Counted from the stretch's first letter, positions 29,857 to 40,732 are shown. The stretch is 64,000 bases of DNA from Candidatus Bathyarchaeota archaeon (GCA_963772455.1 CAVYXJ010000009.1:149714-213713); one strand, 5' to 3'. Notes: generated by a model from the sequence alone, not told the origin. Translations and numbers: made by a program.

Positions 29857-30300
29857 TTATTTTACAACTAAGACTGGACAACGGGCATATTCGATCACTC
29901 GTTCAGCAACACTACCGATAAGGATTCTCTCAGCACCTCTTCGACCATATGTTCCTAACACAATTAAATCCATATCCAAGCCATTAGCTAAATGAACAAT
30001 TTGTTCAAATGGTCTTCCCTTTGCAATCAACGAGGTTGCTTTAACACCTTCTTTTTCAGCTAAACCTAGAATGTAATTGATGTATCTTTGACCATCAGCT
30101 TTGAGTTCTTTTTCAATGTCTTCGCGTTCAGTTATTTTTGAGAATCTATCGATGACAATTTCATCAAGCACATAAACAACCATAATTTGAGCTTCATGGG
30201 TTTTTGCAATGCTTATTCCATATTCTGCTGCGTGAATGCTGTAGTCTGAACCGTCGGTGGGAATTAAGATTTTTTTTATGGTTTGAGAACTAAACTTCAT
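29857..30300 (-). CDS. Universal stress protein (ATP-binding type)
   Basis: KILIPTDGS, GTYGRRG..ILIGSVAERV and CPVLVVK. Confidence 0.95.
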   Translation of the reverse strand: MKFSSQTIKKILIPTDGSDYSIHAAEYGISIAKTHEAQIMVVYVLDEIVIDRFSKITEREDIEKELKADGQRYINYILGLAEKEGVKATSLIAKGRPFEQIVHLANGLDMDLIVLGTYGRRGAERILIGSVAERVIEYARCPVLVVK

Positions 30301-30301
30301 T

Positions 30302-30931
30302 TTATTTATGCTCCTTGATTACTCGTTTAATAATTTTGGTTCTAACGAATTCTTCTCGGTCTTTTTCTTCTAATGCAAGCTCAATTGATTTCGCGATGCT
30401 TTTGTACCGAGGAATAAGTACATAGTTTAAGGCGTTAACACGACGTTGTGTTCTTCGAACGTCATTAGCTATTTGAAATGTGGCACCTTCCGCTCCGGCT
30501 AAATCCGCGATTAACTCTAGTATCTTGTTAAATTGTTTGAAGGTTTGGTCTAACTCAACGCTGGTGTTGGCAAAACCATAATCAGGTTTCAAATTGTTTT
30601 CCTTTTGAAATTCAACTACTGGAACAGTTACACCCATGATGCTTTTGTAGTCAATAAGGAAATTTGCTTCTGCATTCGAACCCAAAGCCACATTAGCAAT
30701 TGTTTCAGAACCGTGAGCCATGTTGGCTTTCCGCAGGTTTTGATAAGCCTTCGCTAGAGTTGCCAATAATTCCTCACGGGTTCTCTCAGCCTCATAGATG
30801 CTATTTCTGAGTTCACGTAACAAAATGTCACGTTTACGTTCAAGGACTTCACGTCCAGACTCTGCGAGTTTAAGTGTTTTTTTTGTCTGGATTAAATTAA
30901 TTCTTGTGGGGCTAACACTTTCAGAAGACAA
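30302..30931 (-). CDS. atpD: A-type ATP synthase subunit D
   Basis: PTRINL, LERKRD and TQRRVNALNYVLIP. Confidence 0.95.
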   Translation of the reverse strand: MSSESVSPTRINLIQTKKTLKLAESGREVLERKRDILLRELRNSIYEAERTREELLATLAKAYQNLRKANMAHGSETIANVALGSNAEANFLIDYKSIMGVTVPVVEFQKENNLKPDYGFANTSVELDQTFKQFNKILELIADLAGAEGATFQIANDVRRTQRRVNALNYVLIPRYKSIAKSIELALEEKDREEFVRTKIIKRVIKEHK

Positions 30932-30936
30932 TTTTG

Positions 30937-32343
30937 TTACTTGACCTCACTGGCAAATTTAGGGTAATACTTCTGGATGTATTCGATCTTTATGCTGGTT
31001 AATTCTTCATCAGGTAGAAGTGAAAGTACATCCCAAGCGATAGAAAGGGTTTGTTCGATTGTACGATTTTCGTTTTTGCCTTGGTTGAGAAGCGTCTTTT
31101 CAAATGCTTCACCAAAACGTAGGTATTCTTTATCTCTTTGACCTAAACCTTCCTCGCCGATAATGGTTACCAAAGATTTCACCGAGTTGTATTGGGCGTA
31201 AGCCGAATAGAGTTGGCTAGAAACGTTAGCGTGATCTTCTCGTGTGCTATCTTTTCCGATTCCATCTTTCATCAGTCGCGAGAGACTTGTAGATATGTAG
31301 ATTGGTGGATAGATACCTTGTTTCTCAAGTGCGCGAGATAGAACAATTTGTCCCTCTGTAATGTAACCTGTAAGGTCAGGAATCGGGTGCGTAATGTCAT
31401 CATTTGGCATTGAAAGTATTGGCATTTGCGTAATTGATCCTTTCTTGCCACGAATTCTTCCGGCACGTTCATAGAGGCTGGCTAAATCACTGTACATGTA
31501 ACCTGGGTAACCTTTTCTGCTTGGGACCTCTTCCATTGAAGCGCTGACTTCTCGGAGAGCTTCGCAGTAGTTAGTCATATCGGTCATAACAACGAGTACA
31601 TGTCGATCTTGATCAAATGCCAAATATTCAGCTAAAGTCAAACCTGCTCTGGGAGTAATAATACGTTCAACAGGTGGGTCATCTGCTAAGTTAAGGAACA
31701 TTGCGACATTTTTGATAGCACCTGTTTCCTCGAAACTCTTCTGGAAGAAAGCTGCATCATCATGTTCTAGACCCATAGCAATGAAGACTATGTTGAAATC
31801 TTCGCCTCCGCCACGAATTTGGGCTTGCCTAACGATTTGGGCTGCAAGTTCATTATGTGCGAGGCCTGGGCCGCTGAAAACTGGTAATTTCTGCCCTCGA
31901 ACCAGGCTGCACAAGCCATCGATAGCCGATATTCCAGTTTGAATGAATTCCTTTGGATATTCTCGAGCAACGGGGTTTAGTGGGTAACCGTTGACGTCAC
32001 GTTTTTCTTCAGTGAAAAATCTTGGGTGTCCATCGATAGGTTCACCAAAGCTGTTCATTACACGTCCCAGCATTTCTACTGACACTGGAACTTCCAGAGA
32101 GTGACCAAGGAATCTTGTGCGTGTTTCTGAAGGTGATAAGCCTGTTGTACCTTCAAAAACTTGGACGACCACCGCTTTTTTCGAGATTTGGATGACTTTG
32201 CCTAAGCGAGTTTCTCCTTTTTGAGTTTTGATTGTAACTAGTTCATCGTAACCTACATCTTGCACGTTTTCTACAACTATGATAGGTCCTGAAATTGAAG
32301 CTACACCTTTATATTCTAATCCAGTTCCTGTCTTTTTTGACAT
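30937..32343 (-). CDS. atpB: A-type ATP synthase subunit B
   Basis: [22 protein letters not shown] and [14 protein letters not shown]. Confidence 0.98.
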   Translation of the reverse strand: MSKKTGTGLEYKGVASISGPIIVVENVQDVGYDELVTIKTQKGETRLGKVIQISKKAVVVQVFEGTTGLSPSETRTRFLGHSLEVPVSVEMLGRVMNSFGEPIDGHPRFFTEEKRDVNGYPLNPVAREYPKEFIQTGISAIDGLCSLVRGQKLPVFSGPGLAHNELAAQIVRQAQIRGGGEDFNIVFIAMGLEHDDAAFFQKSFEETGAIKNVAMFLNLADDPPVERIITPRAGLTLAEYLAFDQDRHVLVVMTDMTNYCEALREVSASMEEVPSRKGYPGYMYSDLASLYERAGRIRGKKGSITQMPILSMPNDDITHPIPDLTGYITEGQIVLSRALEKQGIYPPIYISTSLSRLMKDGIGKDSTREDHANVSSQLYSAYAQYNSVKSLVTIIGEEGLGQRDKEYLRFGEAFEKTLLNQGKNENRTIEQTLSIAWDVLSLLPDEELTSIKIEYIQKYYPKFASEVK

Positions 32344-32347
32344 AGTA

Positions 32348-34117
32348 TTACCTCAGTGTTGCCTCCAACATTCCAAAGCTTTCGTACATTCTTTTTTCTA
32401 AATCATCCAAGAGATCGCCTTTTTCGTTAGGTATCGAAGTTTTCATTCGCAATATTTCTTCAGTAATTGGCATTTCTGCAACTTTGAAGATTGGTGCACC
32501 TTTGCTTACCACGTTATCTGCCAGTCGATGGTAATCTACGATTATCTTAAGCATTTTGAACTGTTTCTGAGGAGAGGTATAAGTATCGACCGCGTCCAAC
32601 GCATTCTGTTGCAAAAAGGCAACACGGATGATTCGAGCTGTTTCCAAGATTAAACGCTGTTTATCAGGTAAAGCTTCAGGACCAACTAGTTTCACGATGT
32701 TTTTAAGGTCATCTTCGGCTTGCAATATACGCATTGCTTCTTCGCGGTAACTGTTCCAGCTCTTATCTACGTTCTTATGCCACCACTCTGCCATATCTTG
32801 TATGTAGCCACTGTAGCTTGCCATCCAGTTTATTGATGGATAGTGCCTTGACGCTGCAAGATCGGCATCTAAAGCCCAGAAAACTCGGGTAAAACGTTTC
32901 GTGTGTTGAGTAACTGGTTCGGAGAAGTCTCCCCCAGGAGGGGATACTGCGCCAATAGCACAAATTGAACCGACACGTTTTTCAGAACCTAATGTTTCAA
33001 CGACACCAGTGCGTTCGTAGAACTCTGCAAGTCGCGATGGCAAATAACTTGGAAAACCTTCTTCTGCAGGCATTTCTTCAAGTCGTCCAGAAACTTCTCG
33101 AAGAGCTTCTGCCCATCTGCTTGTTGAATCAGCCATTAACGCAACAGCATAACCCATGTCGCGGAAGTATTCCGCAAGTGTAATCCCAGTGTAAATACTA
33201 GCTTCTCGAGCTGATACTGGCATGTTACTCGTGTTGGCAACAAGAACTGTCCTCTCCATGAGAGGATGCCCAGTTGTGGGATCGACTAGTTTTGGGAAAC
33301 TATCTAGCACATCAACCATTTCGTTACCTCGTTCCCCGCAACCCACATAAATAATGATGTTTGCATCTGACCATTTTGCCAATTGTTGCTGGGTTACAGT
33401 TTTTCCTGAACCGAAGGGACCAGGGATCGATGCGCTTCCTCCTTTTGCGATGGGAAAGAAAGTATCAATGACACGTTGTCCTGTAATTAACGGTGAAGTG
33501 GCAAACAACCTTCGGGTATGAGGTCGTGGTTCTCTAACTGGCCATTTCTGGAGCATAGGCAAATCAATTTTTACGCCATGTGATTCAACTACGGCGATTG
33601 TTTCAGTAATTGTGTAATCTCCTTGAGCTGCAATCTTCACAAGTTTACCTTGTATGTTTACAGGAACTAGTACGCGGTGCTCAAACAATGAGGTTTCCTT
33701 GACCGTGCCGAGAATATCGCCACCTGAAAGTTTAGCGCCAACTTTAGCTATTGGTACAAAAGACCATTTTTTAGTTCTCGAAAGGGACGTTACTCCGACT
33801 GTTTGCTTAATGAAGTCCCCTGTTAGATTTTTTATATCTACGAGAGGTCTTTGTATGCCGTCAAAGACGTTACCAACTATACCTGGAGCTAATTCCACCG
33901 ACAATGGGCTTCCGGTGCCTAAAACTGGCTCATCAAGTTTGAGTCCTGAAGTGTTTTGGTAAACTTGAATTGTAGCTTGATCTCCTTCTAAACGGATAAT
34001 TTCGCCTATTAAGCGGTTATTTCCAACTTCAACCATTTCGTGCATAACTGCTTGTGCCATGCCATTAGCTTCAACAACTGGTCCAGCAACCCTAATCACT
34101 CTACCCTTAACCATCAT
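32348..34117 (-). CDS. atpA: A-type ATP synthase catalytic subunit A (no intein)
   Basis: Walker [27 protein letters not shown] and [10 protein letters not shown]. Confidence 0.98.
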   Translation of the reverse strand: MMVKGRVIRVAGPVVEANGMAQAVMHEMVEVGNNRLIGEIIRLEGDQATIQVYQNTSGLKLDEPVLGTGSPLSVELAPGIVGNVFDGIQRPLVDIKNLTGDFIKQTVGVTSLSRTKKWSFVPIAKVGAKLSGGDILGTVKETSLFEHRVLVPVNIQGKLVKIAAQGDYTITETIAVVESHGVKIDLPMLQKWPVREPRPHTRRLFATSPLITGQRVIDTFFPIAKGGSASIPGPFGSGKTVTQQQLAKWSDANIIIYVGCGERGNEMVDVLDSFPKLVDPTTGHPLMERTVLVANTSNMPVSAREASIYTGITLAEYFRDMGYAVALMADSTSRWAEALREVSGRLEEMPAEEGFPSYLPSRLAEFYERTGVVETLGSEKRVGSICAIGAVSPPGGDFSEPVTQHTKRFTRVFWALDADLAASRHYPSINWMASYSGYIQDMAEWWHKNVDKSWNSYREEAMRILQAEDDLKNIVKLVGPEALPDKQRLILETARIIRVAFLQQNALDAVDTYTSPQKQFKMLKIIVDYHRLADNVVSKGAPIFKVAEMPITEEILRMKTSIPNEKGDLLDDLEKRMYESFGMLEATLR

Positions 34118-34120
34118 TGT

Positions 34121-34741
34121 TTAAATCGCCTCGCCAAACAATATTTTTGCTAATTCCACACGTAAAATAGGTTTGAGTTCTTTCAACCTATTGTCCAAAG
34201 TAACATCATAAATTACTTTGCCGTCTGCGGTTTGAATTATACATCCCCCAAGGTAATCTTCGGTTTTATCTGACAACTTTATCTCCTGATGCCACTTCTT
34301 AGATAATCGTTTCAACAAATTTTCCGTCAACCAATTGTAATCTTTATCGTTTACTTGTATTACTATGTCTGTTTTACCCATTTTTTCAACTGAATTTTCG
34401 ATAAGTTTGATGAGATAATCATTATAATCTTCAGTTGCCGCAAAATTCTTGATTTCAACATAAGCCTTTTCGAAGGCTTGATCAACTACATCTTCTTTTG
34501 TCTGAAGCAAACGATTCCTCATCTCCACTTCGGTTACGGACGCAATTTTTCGCTTTTCAGCCCCTGCCTTAACTTTTGCCTGACAAATAATATCACGATA
34601 GATTTGGTCTGCTTGTTCCTTTGCAGATTTCAAAGTTACTTTCGCTTCAGTCTCAGCAGCCAAAATTATCGCTTCTGATTCTTTTTGCACATCGCCAATA
34701 ACATCGTTTGCAATTGCTGAAAGACCATTTTTAGCGCTCAT
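34121..34741 (-). CDS. atpE: A-type ATP synthase subunit E
   Basis: N-terminal coiled coil, GGCII..DG and C-terminal ILFG; operon context. Confidence 0.88.
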   Translation of the reverse strand: MSAKNGLSAIANDVIGDVQKESEAIILAAETEAKVTLKSAKEQADQIYRDIICQAKVKAGAEKRKIASVTEVEMRNRLLQTKEDVVDQAFEKAYVEIKNFAATEDYNDYLIKLIENSVEKMGKTDIVIQVNDKDYNWLTENLLKRLSKKWHQEIKLSDKTEDYLGGCIIQTADGKVIYDVTLDNRLKELKPILRVELAKILFGEAI

Positions 34742-34751
34742 TTTATCACCA

Positions 34752-35060
34752 TTATATTTTGATACCCAATATTTTACTAATCATTTCGGAGAGCTGCATT
34801 TTATCTGTCATACCTCTACTTCCAGGAATTTCCACAATTAAGGGAGTTACACGTTCCCTGCGCACTTTATCAACCTCTTCCCTCAAAGAGGTGTCTGAGA
34901 AGAAGGCTCCACTAATAATTATAATTCCAATCTCGTCACGTGAAAGTGATTTATGGAAGGCTTGCCGTGCCTCTTCGATTGTTGAAACTTCGCTGCCTTC
35001 AATACCAGCTAACTTAAAGCCGGTAATCATATCACTATCACCTATTATGAAGCCAATCAT
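34752..35060 (-). CDS. atpF: A-type ATP synthase subunit F
   Basis: IGDSDMITGFKLAGI and PLIVEIP; ATG at 35060. Confidence 0.92.
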   Translation of the reverse strand: MIGFIIGDSDMITGFKLAGIEGSEVSTIEEARQAFHKSLSRDEIGIIIISGAFFSDTSLREEVDKVRRERVTPLIVEIPGSRGMTDKMQLSEMISKILGIKI

Positions 35061-35116
35061 TTCATCGCCAAATATAACTTTAAATGTTTGCTGGTAAATC
35101 AGACATTCTGTTAAAA

Positions 35117-37135
35117 ATGTTGCGACCGGAAAGAATGACCTCGACATCCATAATCTGCGTTAAGAAAGACGTGGAACAAATTTTGGAGTCCCTAAATAGT
35201 TTCGGAGAATTCCATATTGAACAAACGGCTCAAGATAATGTAGGTTTAACTGAGTACAATATGAGCATTCAGAAGGTTGAAGGGTTACTCGCAGACGTCA
35301 ACGCCCTAATTAATCAGCTTGTACAAGAAAAAACAAGTCCATTGGGCATTTTCAAATTACCTCAACAAAACAAAGTACTGGTTACAGCCGAAAATTGGCA
35401 GGATCTCTTAGAAACCAACAGCAAAGAAATTCTAGCATTTAAAAAAGAAACTGACAACCTAAATAAAGAAATTTCTAGTATACAAGAAAAAACAGAGCAA
35501 CTCAACCATACCAAAGATATGCTGGGAAGGCTCTGCCTAATGGGCGTGGACCTTGCAGCCTTGGAAGAGTTTAAATTAATTTATGTTGCAACTGCAAGCG
35601 TACCAACCAAGAATTTCAGCGGGTTAGAGACAGCGCTTGCTGGATTTCCAATTTTTATTAACCGCTGCGCTTTAACCAAAGAAGTAAGCTTCTTGTGTTT
35701 AGCCATCCCAATTAAATATCAAACAGAAATCGAGAAAATCCTAAGAACGTACCATGCCGAAGTTTTTCATATCCCAAAAGAGTTACCACACGACCTGATT
35801 TTAGCGCAAAAAGAAGTCAATCAGCAACTGAAAGAAAACAATGATAAAGAAAAAGTTCTTTGCACTTCATTAAAAAAATTAGGTGAAGAAAACAAAGATT
35901 CCTTCGCATCTTTGAAAGAAACTTCGGAGAACATTCTGATACTTTTACAAGCGGAAAGAAAAATCCTTCAGTCAGGTCGTCTTGCTACTGTCAAGGGGTT
36001 TGTGCCGCAGAAAAAGTTCCTTGAACTTAAAAAACAAGTATCTGGAATGATGGATGGAAAAGTTTTAGTTTTAGAAAACGACGTAGTTGAATCACAGGAT
36101 CCGCCAACAAAAGTCAGCAATAACAGGTTTGTTAGGCCTTTTGGAGAACTTACAAAACTTTATGGTTTACCACATTATGACGAACTAGATCCAACACCTT
36201 TAATGGCAATAACTTTTCCGATTATTTTTGGGTTAATGTTTGGAGATCTGGGTCATGGGTTAGTATTGTTGTTTGGCGGATTAATCGTTGGATTACTAAT
36301 CAAGGGAAACAGAGCCATTAAAAACGTCTGTTACATAATGGCAGCATGCGGTGCTGCTGCAGCCGTTGCAGGTTTGGCGTTTGGAGAGGCATTCGGGCAG
36401 CCGTTAGATTGGGGTCCATTGTGGATTAACCCCACTGAAAACATATTCACTTTCCTATTGTTCACCCTGATTGTAGGCATTATACAGATAATCAGCGGGA
36501 TAGTCCTCGAAATGACCAACTTTGCATTAAAACACCAGTACATCGACTCCATCTTAACCTCTGCACCAAAAATCGCTTTTTACCTTGGCGGTGTTTACCT
36601 AATTGCTGCATACCAATTGAATTTTGGCGCGTGGTTTAGCGGACCTATACTGCTGCCTCTAATTCCATTCATTGTTTTAGTCACAGGAAAACCTCTCTAC
36701 TTACTTCTGACTAAATCAAAATCGCATGGCGACGAACATTCAGAACAAGACACACTATCAGGCAGACTCTTTGAAGGCGGAGACTTAGTTACTCGTTTAC
36801 TAAGTAACACCATATCTTACAGCCGCATTCTTGCCTTACTTATGGCCCACTGGGCATTACTCCTTGTAACTTATACTGTCGCTGCCCAAGTCCATCCAGA
36901 GGGTTCAACTTCGATATTAACCCTCATTCTCTCAGGCATTGTTATTGTGGGCGGTAATCTATTCGTTCTAGCACTTGAAGGATTAATCGTGTTTATACAC
37001 ACATTAAGGTTGCATTTTTATGAGTGGTTCAGCAAGTTCTATCAAGGAACAGGAACGGAGTTCAACCCGTTCAAACAGAAATTCAGCCACACAATTATAA
37101 CATTGAAAACAAAAGAACCAAAAAAGCAACCGTAA
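35117..37135 (+). CDS. atpI: A-type ATP synthase subunit I (a)
   Basis: MLRPERM, PPT, YGLP.YDELDP, FGDLGHG, SYSRILAL and LRLHFYEWFSKFY. Confidence 0.96.
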   Translation: MLRPERMTSTSIICVKKDVEQILESLNSFGEFHIEQTAQDNVGLTEYNMSIQKVEGLLADVNALINQLVQEKTSPLGIFKLPQQNKVLVTAENWQDLLETNSKEILAFKKETDNLNKEISSIQEKTEQLNHTKDMLGRLCLMGVDLAALEEFKLIYVATASVPTKNFSGLETALAGFPIFINRCALTKEVSFLCLAIPIKYQTEIEKILRTYHAEVFHIPKELPHDLILAQKEVNQQLKENNDKEKVLCTSLKKLGEENKDSFASLKETSENILILLQAERKILQSGRLATVKGFVPQKKFLELKKQVSGMMDGKVLVLENDVVESQDPPTKVSNNRFVRPFGELTKLYGLPHYDELDPTPLMAITFPIIFGLMFGDLGHGLVLLFGGLIVGLLIKGNRAIKNVCYIMAACGAAAAVAGLAFGEAFGQPLDWGPLWINPTENIFTFLLFTLIVGIIQIISGIVLEMTNFALKHQYIDSILTSAPKIAFYLGGVYLIAAYQLNFGAWFSGPILLPLIPFIVLVTGKPLYLLLTKSKSHGDEHSEQDTLSGRLFEGGDLVTRLLSNTISYSRILALLMAHWALLLVTYTVAAQVHPEGSTSILTLILSGIVIVGGNLFVLALEGLIVFIHTLRLHFYEWFSKFYQGTGTEFNPFKQKFSHTIITLKTKEPKKQP

Positions 37136-37145
37136 AAATATAAGT

Positions 37146-38195
37146 CTAAATTAAAAGACTTCGAATTTCCTCAGGTTTCATTGCACTTTCTACACCCAAA
37201 CTCAAAACAGTCAGGTTGTAGACTTCAGCTTCTTTTTGGGTAATAAAAGCAATCGGCAAACCAATATTAAATGCCTCTTTAAGTACACTTGATTTAGCAT
37301 GCTGAAGTATTGTTTTTTTGAAAGCTTTTTCTGCAGCTGCGATAGTTTCCTCAGGAGTTTGGGTCTTTACAAAGTATTTGAAGTAATAGCTGTCAAGAAC
37401 AATTTTTAAAGCTGCTTCAAAATCAACCGAGGAAACAAGAGCCTCAATCGTTTGATTACTTAAGTTAAAATAGTTTTGAGGAACCACTAATCTTAGCCAA
37501 TTAGGCTCGTAGCTTAAGGTTTTTCCTCTTAGCAAAGTTATTAACGAGAAACCATCGTTCTCAATACTTGCGTAAAAATTTGCGTAAGTTTGCTCTTTTT
37601 TGGAAAGTTTCCCATAGTAATCAAACAGTTTTTCGAAGTATAGTTTGTCTAAAAAAATATCAAAAGATACGGTAGATGCACTTTCTTCATATTTTTTTAA
37701 CCCCATATTCAAAGGTAACCAATAATCAGTGCCTTTGAAAGCATGAATTAATTGAGCAGGAGTTGAAGCTTTAATCGCTTCTTCAAAAACTAAGCTTCTT
37801 TTAAAGTAATCTTCTATCGAAAAGTAAATTTTTGCCTTCTTTTGTTCAGAAGGCAGTTTAGCAGTAGTCGCATTCATAAGAGCTTTTATATTTTCTATTT
37901 CAAATTTTAAAAGATACAAACTAAGGTATTCTCTTGCCGCTTTGGGCGAATATTTAATGATCTTTACATAGGTATCAATTAAATTTTCGTTGAATGCTCT
38001 TTCAAGTTTGCGACTTGTAAATGGGGGGATTATTTTTGCAATTTGCTTTTGATAAGTATTGTCTCGAAGTTGAGCGGCAAGTTCTGTAGGGCTTTTGCTT
38101 TCGGCGAGTGCTTTAAGTTTGGTATCATTAATCAAGTTACTTCTTTCTGCGCCTATTTTGGCTAGAACCGAAGAGTAGCGTGTGGTTTGTGTCAA
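37146..38195 (-). CDS. atpC: A-type ATP synthase subunit C (V0 d-like)
   Basis: 349 aa with EIENIK, LDKLYF and KEAEVYNL; gene context. Confidence 0.85.
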   Translation of the reverse strand: MTQTTRYSSVLAKIGAERSNLINDTKLKALAESKSPTELAAQLRDNTYQKQIAKIIPPFTSRKLERAFNENLIDTYVKIIKYSPKAAREYLSLYLLKFEIENIKALMNATTAKLPSEQKKAKIYFSIEDYFKRSLVFEEAIKASTPAQLIHAFKGTDYWLPLNMGLKKYEESASTVSFDIFLDKLYFEKLFDYYGKLSKKEQTYANFYASIENDGFSLITLLRGKTLSYEPNWLRLVVPQNYFNLSNQTIEALVSSVDFEAALKIVLDSYYFKYFVKTQTPEETIAAAEKAFKKTILQHAKSSVLKEAFNIGLPIAFITQKEAEVYNLTVLSLGVESAMKPEEIRSLLI

Positions 38196-38512
38196 TATTT
38201 ATTTTCCTCAAGAACTTCGTTCAAAACTGCTGAAACAGCTTTATCCATTCTTTTTTCAGCTTTCGCTTTTAGTTTTTCAATGGCTTCCTGAGTCGCTTTC
38301 AAATGTTCCTCACGACTCAAATTAGCTTCTTTAATTGCATTCACGAAAAGTTTCTGAGACTCTTCCTCACTATAGATTCTGCTGTTTTCGATAAGCTTTT
38401 CAGAGTTTTGCTTCGCTAAAAGAACCATGTTCTTGGCTCGTTCTTGAGCATTATTTTGAATTTGCTCCGCTTGGGCTTCGATCTTTTTTAGTTCATCCCA
38501 AACTTTTTCCAT
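38192..38512 (-). CDS. atpH: A-type ATP synthase subunit H (G)
   Basis: 106-aa charged coiled coil coupled to atpC. Confidence 0.8.
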   Translation of the reverse strand: MEKVWDELKKIEAQAEQIQNNAQERAKNMVLLAKQNSEKLIENSRIYSEEESQKLFVNAIKEANLSREEHLKATQEAIEKLKAKAEKRMDKAVSAVLNEVLEENKY

Positions 38513-38698
38513 TATTCCACAGACATAATAGGGTTTTAAAGGTCTCTAAAGTTTCTTGTGGTTTCCAAAGATTTTGTCCAACATCATTGAATCGTTATTA
38601 GGCATATTCATATCTCATAACCAATATTTTCGCGAACAAATTGGGAAAACCCATTTTAAAAGGGTCATATAACCTAATTGAAGTTGAGCGATTAAATA

Positions 38699-39643
38699 AT
38701 GGTGAAAAAAGAAGATGATATAAAAAAGCTCAAACTTGAAAAATTAAAACATGAGTTGAGCTTTGACTATCATTCATCCAGGTTCTTTTCGCTTCTCTTC
38801 TTAGGAATCTACGTCATTGCAGCAACTATCTTTTGTTTGCAATTCACCGTTATGCCAGGACCAGAATTTCTTGTTTTAGGGATTCTCTTTTATGCTTCAT
38901 ATGATCGACGAACTTGGAGAGCTTTAAAAGACTGGCTCCCTTTCGTCACCGTATTTATTTCATATGAAATGATGTATGGCTTCGTAGGTAAAATCTCGGA
39001 GTTCAATCTTCATTCTGGACCTCAAAATTTGGAACTACAATTGTTTGGTCAACTTCCAAGTCTGTTTCTGCAACAGAATTTTAGGTATCCAGCTTTAGAC
39101 TACTTAGGAGCCATTTACTATGGATCATATTTCTTTATTCCAACTATCTTTGCATTTATCGTTTGGAGAAAAAGCCCCAAAAACTACTGGAAATACATTG
39201 TTGCCTTTGGCGTACTAACATATTCAGCATTGATTACTTTTCTCTTTTACCCGGTGGCCCCTCCTTGGAAGGCACTTCCAGATATCACTAATCGAATCTT
39301 AACAGGGTCAGTCGATCCGAGTTTAGGTCTTCCCGTCTACAAAACTCTGTTTGATTTTTTGGGCGGAAATGTCAATGCGGCTTTTCCCAGTATGCATTCA
39401 GCCTTGCCTTTGTTGGTTTTCCTTTTCGCGTTTAAAATCTGGAGGTGGAAGAGTCTTCCAGCGTTGGTGATTCCTGTTGGAACTTGGTTTAGCGTAGTCT
39501 ATCTTGGGGAACATTACGTAGTTGATGTTTTAGGTGGAATAGCCTATGCAGTGATTGCATTTGTCGCAGTGGAAAAAATCTTGCCCATATTATCCAACAG
39601 AATCAATCTACTAAAGAAACATATGCCCGCTGAAAATAGATAA
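38699..39643 (+). CDS. PAP2 / inositol-phosphorylceramide synthase (Aur1)-like membrane enzyme
   Basis: PVAPPW, AAFPSMH and HYVVD motifs in a multi-TM protein. Confidence 0.85.
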   Translation: MVKKEDDIKKLKLEKLKHELSFDYHSSRFFSLLFLGIYVIAATIFCLQFTVMPGPEFLVLGILFYASYDRRTWRALKDWLPFVTVFISYEMMYGFVGKISEFNLHSGPQNLELQLFGQLPSLFLQQNFRYPALDYLGAIYYGSYFFIPTIFAFIVWRKSPKNYWKYIVAFGVLTYSALITFLFYPVAPPWKALPDITNRILTGSVDPSLGLPVYKTLFDFLGGNVNAAFPSMHSALPLLVFLFAFKIWRWKSLPALVIPVGTWFSVVYLGEHYVVDVLGGIAYAVIAFVAVEKILPILSNRINLLKKHMPAENR

Positions 39644-39686
39644 TCTCAACCTTAAGAGTAAAGTTCATGGAATATGCAAAAAATAG

Positions 39687-39803
39687 TTATCGTTTAACGC
39701 ATTTTCCAGTTGTTGCATCATAATGGTTACTTTTGGAGTAATCACAGTTTTTACAATCATCTTTAATATCTTGTCCAAAAGGGCAATCTTTCAAATCAGC
39801 CAA
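39687..39803 (-). CDS. 38-aa Cys-rich microprotein
   Basis: TATA TTTATATA, SD AGGTG and TTG start; MADLKDCPFGQDIKDDCKNCDYSKSNHYDATTGKCVKR. Confidence 0.65.
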   Translation of the reverse strand: MADLKDCPFGQDIKDDCKNCDYSKSNHYDATTGKCVKR

Positions 39804-40410
39804 GTTATAGCACCTAAATATTTCTCTTTGAATTCAATAGTAGATTCATTATATAAATCTGAATCTTTAAAGCAATATTTTTTTGGCAGTCGGAAGAAAC
39901 GTACGCTTATGCATAAAGCTATTCGAAATTAAGTATTGGTAATTAGTTTCTTTTCTTCTTTTTTGCTCTCATATCAGTTAAAAGGCTGAACAGTTAGCTT
40001 GGGTTGAATAGAAAATCATTTTTTTATGTTCCGAAGAATCTGATTTTTTTTTGTACTCAACTTCTGCTTTTATTTGCCAAAAGCAAGTTACTTCTCAAGA
40101 AAATAAGTATTTAAGAGAAGAAGAAGAGTGAAAAATTTGCACTTCTTCTACTTTTAACATTCTTCTACCTTTAACTGCTTGAATGGTAATAGCCACACGA
40201 GAGAGAGTTGAGACAGAACATCCATTATTTTTTTTAATTTTGTTTATGTTTTGTCTTCTTGAATGCGGATGCTTTGTTTTAGTTGGTTATAAGAAAAATG
40301 GAACAAGAAAAAATTTGTGGCAAAACAGCATGTCCTGCAAAGATTTAAAATAAAAATTATCAAGGAAATCTGCGAAAACAAAACAGTAGAAACCTGAGAT
40401 AGTGAAAAAG

Positions 40411-40483
40411 TAGCCCGGGAGAGATTCGAACTCTCGTCAAGGACTCCAGAGGCCCCTATGCTTGACCGCTACACCACCGGGCT
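40411..40483 (-). tRNA. tRNA-Gln (CTG), CCA not encoded
   Basis: Cloverleaf AGCCCGG...CCGGGCT-A; anticodon loop CT-CTG-GA; TTCGAAT T-loop. Confidence 0.96.
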
Positions 40484-40525
40484 GCAGATTCCAATAAAAT
40501 GTTGCAGTTATTATTAACTTTAACT

Positions 40526-40732
40526 TTACAAAGTTTCGTCTGCTTTTTTCTTTGCTTCTCTCACGCAATAACATTCTTGACTTACCCTATTGTAGCTGTC
40601 ACAATGCCATAGCGTATCTACAATTGGATTCTCGTGGTGCCAATATCTTGTTGAACAGAAAACTTTTGTGGGATACTCGTAGCTATTGTGGCTATCGCAG
40701 TTGCCGCAGAACTCTTCTATAGATTCGTTCAT
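40526..40732 (-). CDS. 68-aa Cys/His-rich small protein
   Basis: CGNC...C...C...CYC; the start overlaps the deoxyhypusine synthase stop. Confidence 0.7.
   Translation of the reverse strand: MNESIEEFCGNCDSHNSYEYPTKVFCSTRYWHHENPIVDTLWHCDSYNRVSQECYCVREAKKKADETL

Noticed and set aside
39930-40410. Integrated element or IS remnant downstream of tRNA-Gln
   Set aside because: AT-rich, with no integrase, no duplicated tRNA 3' end and no terminal inverted repeats found.
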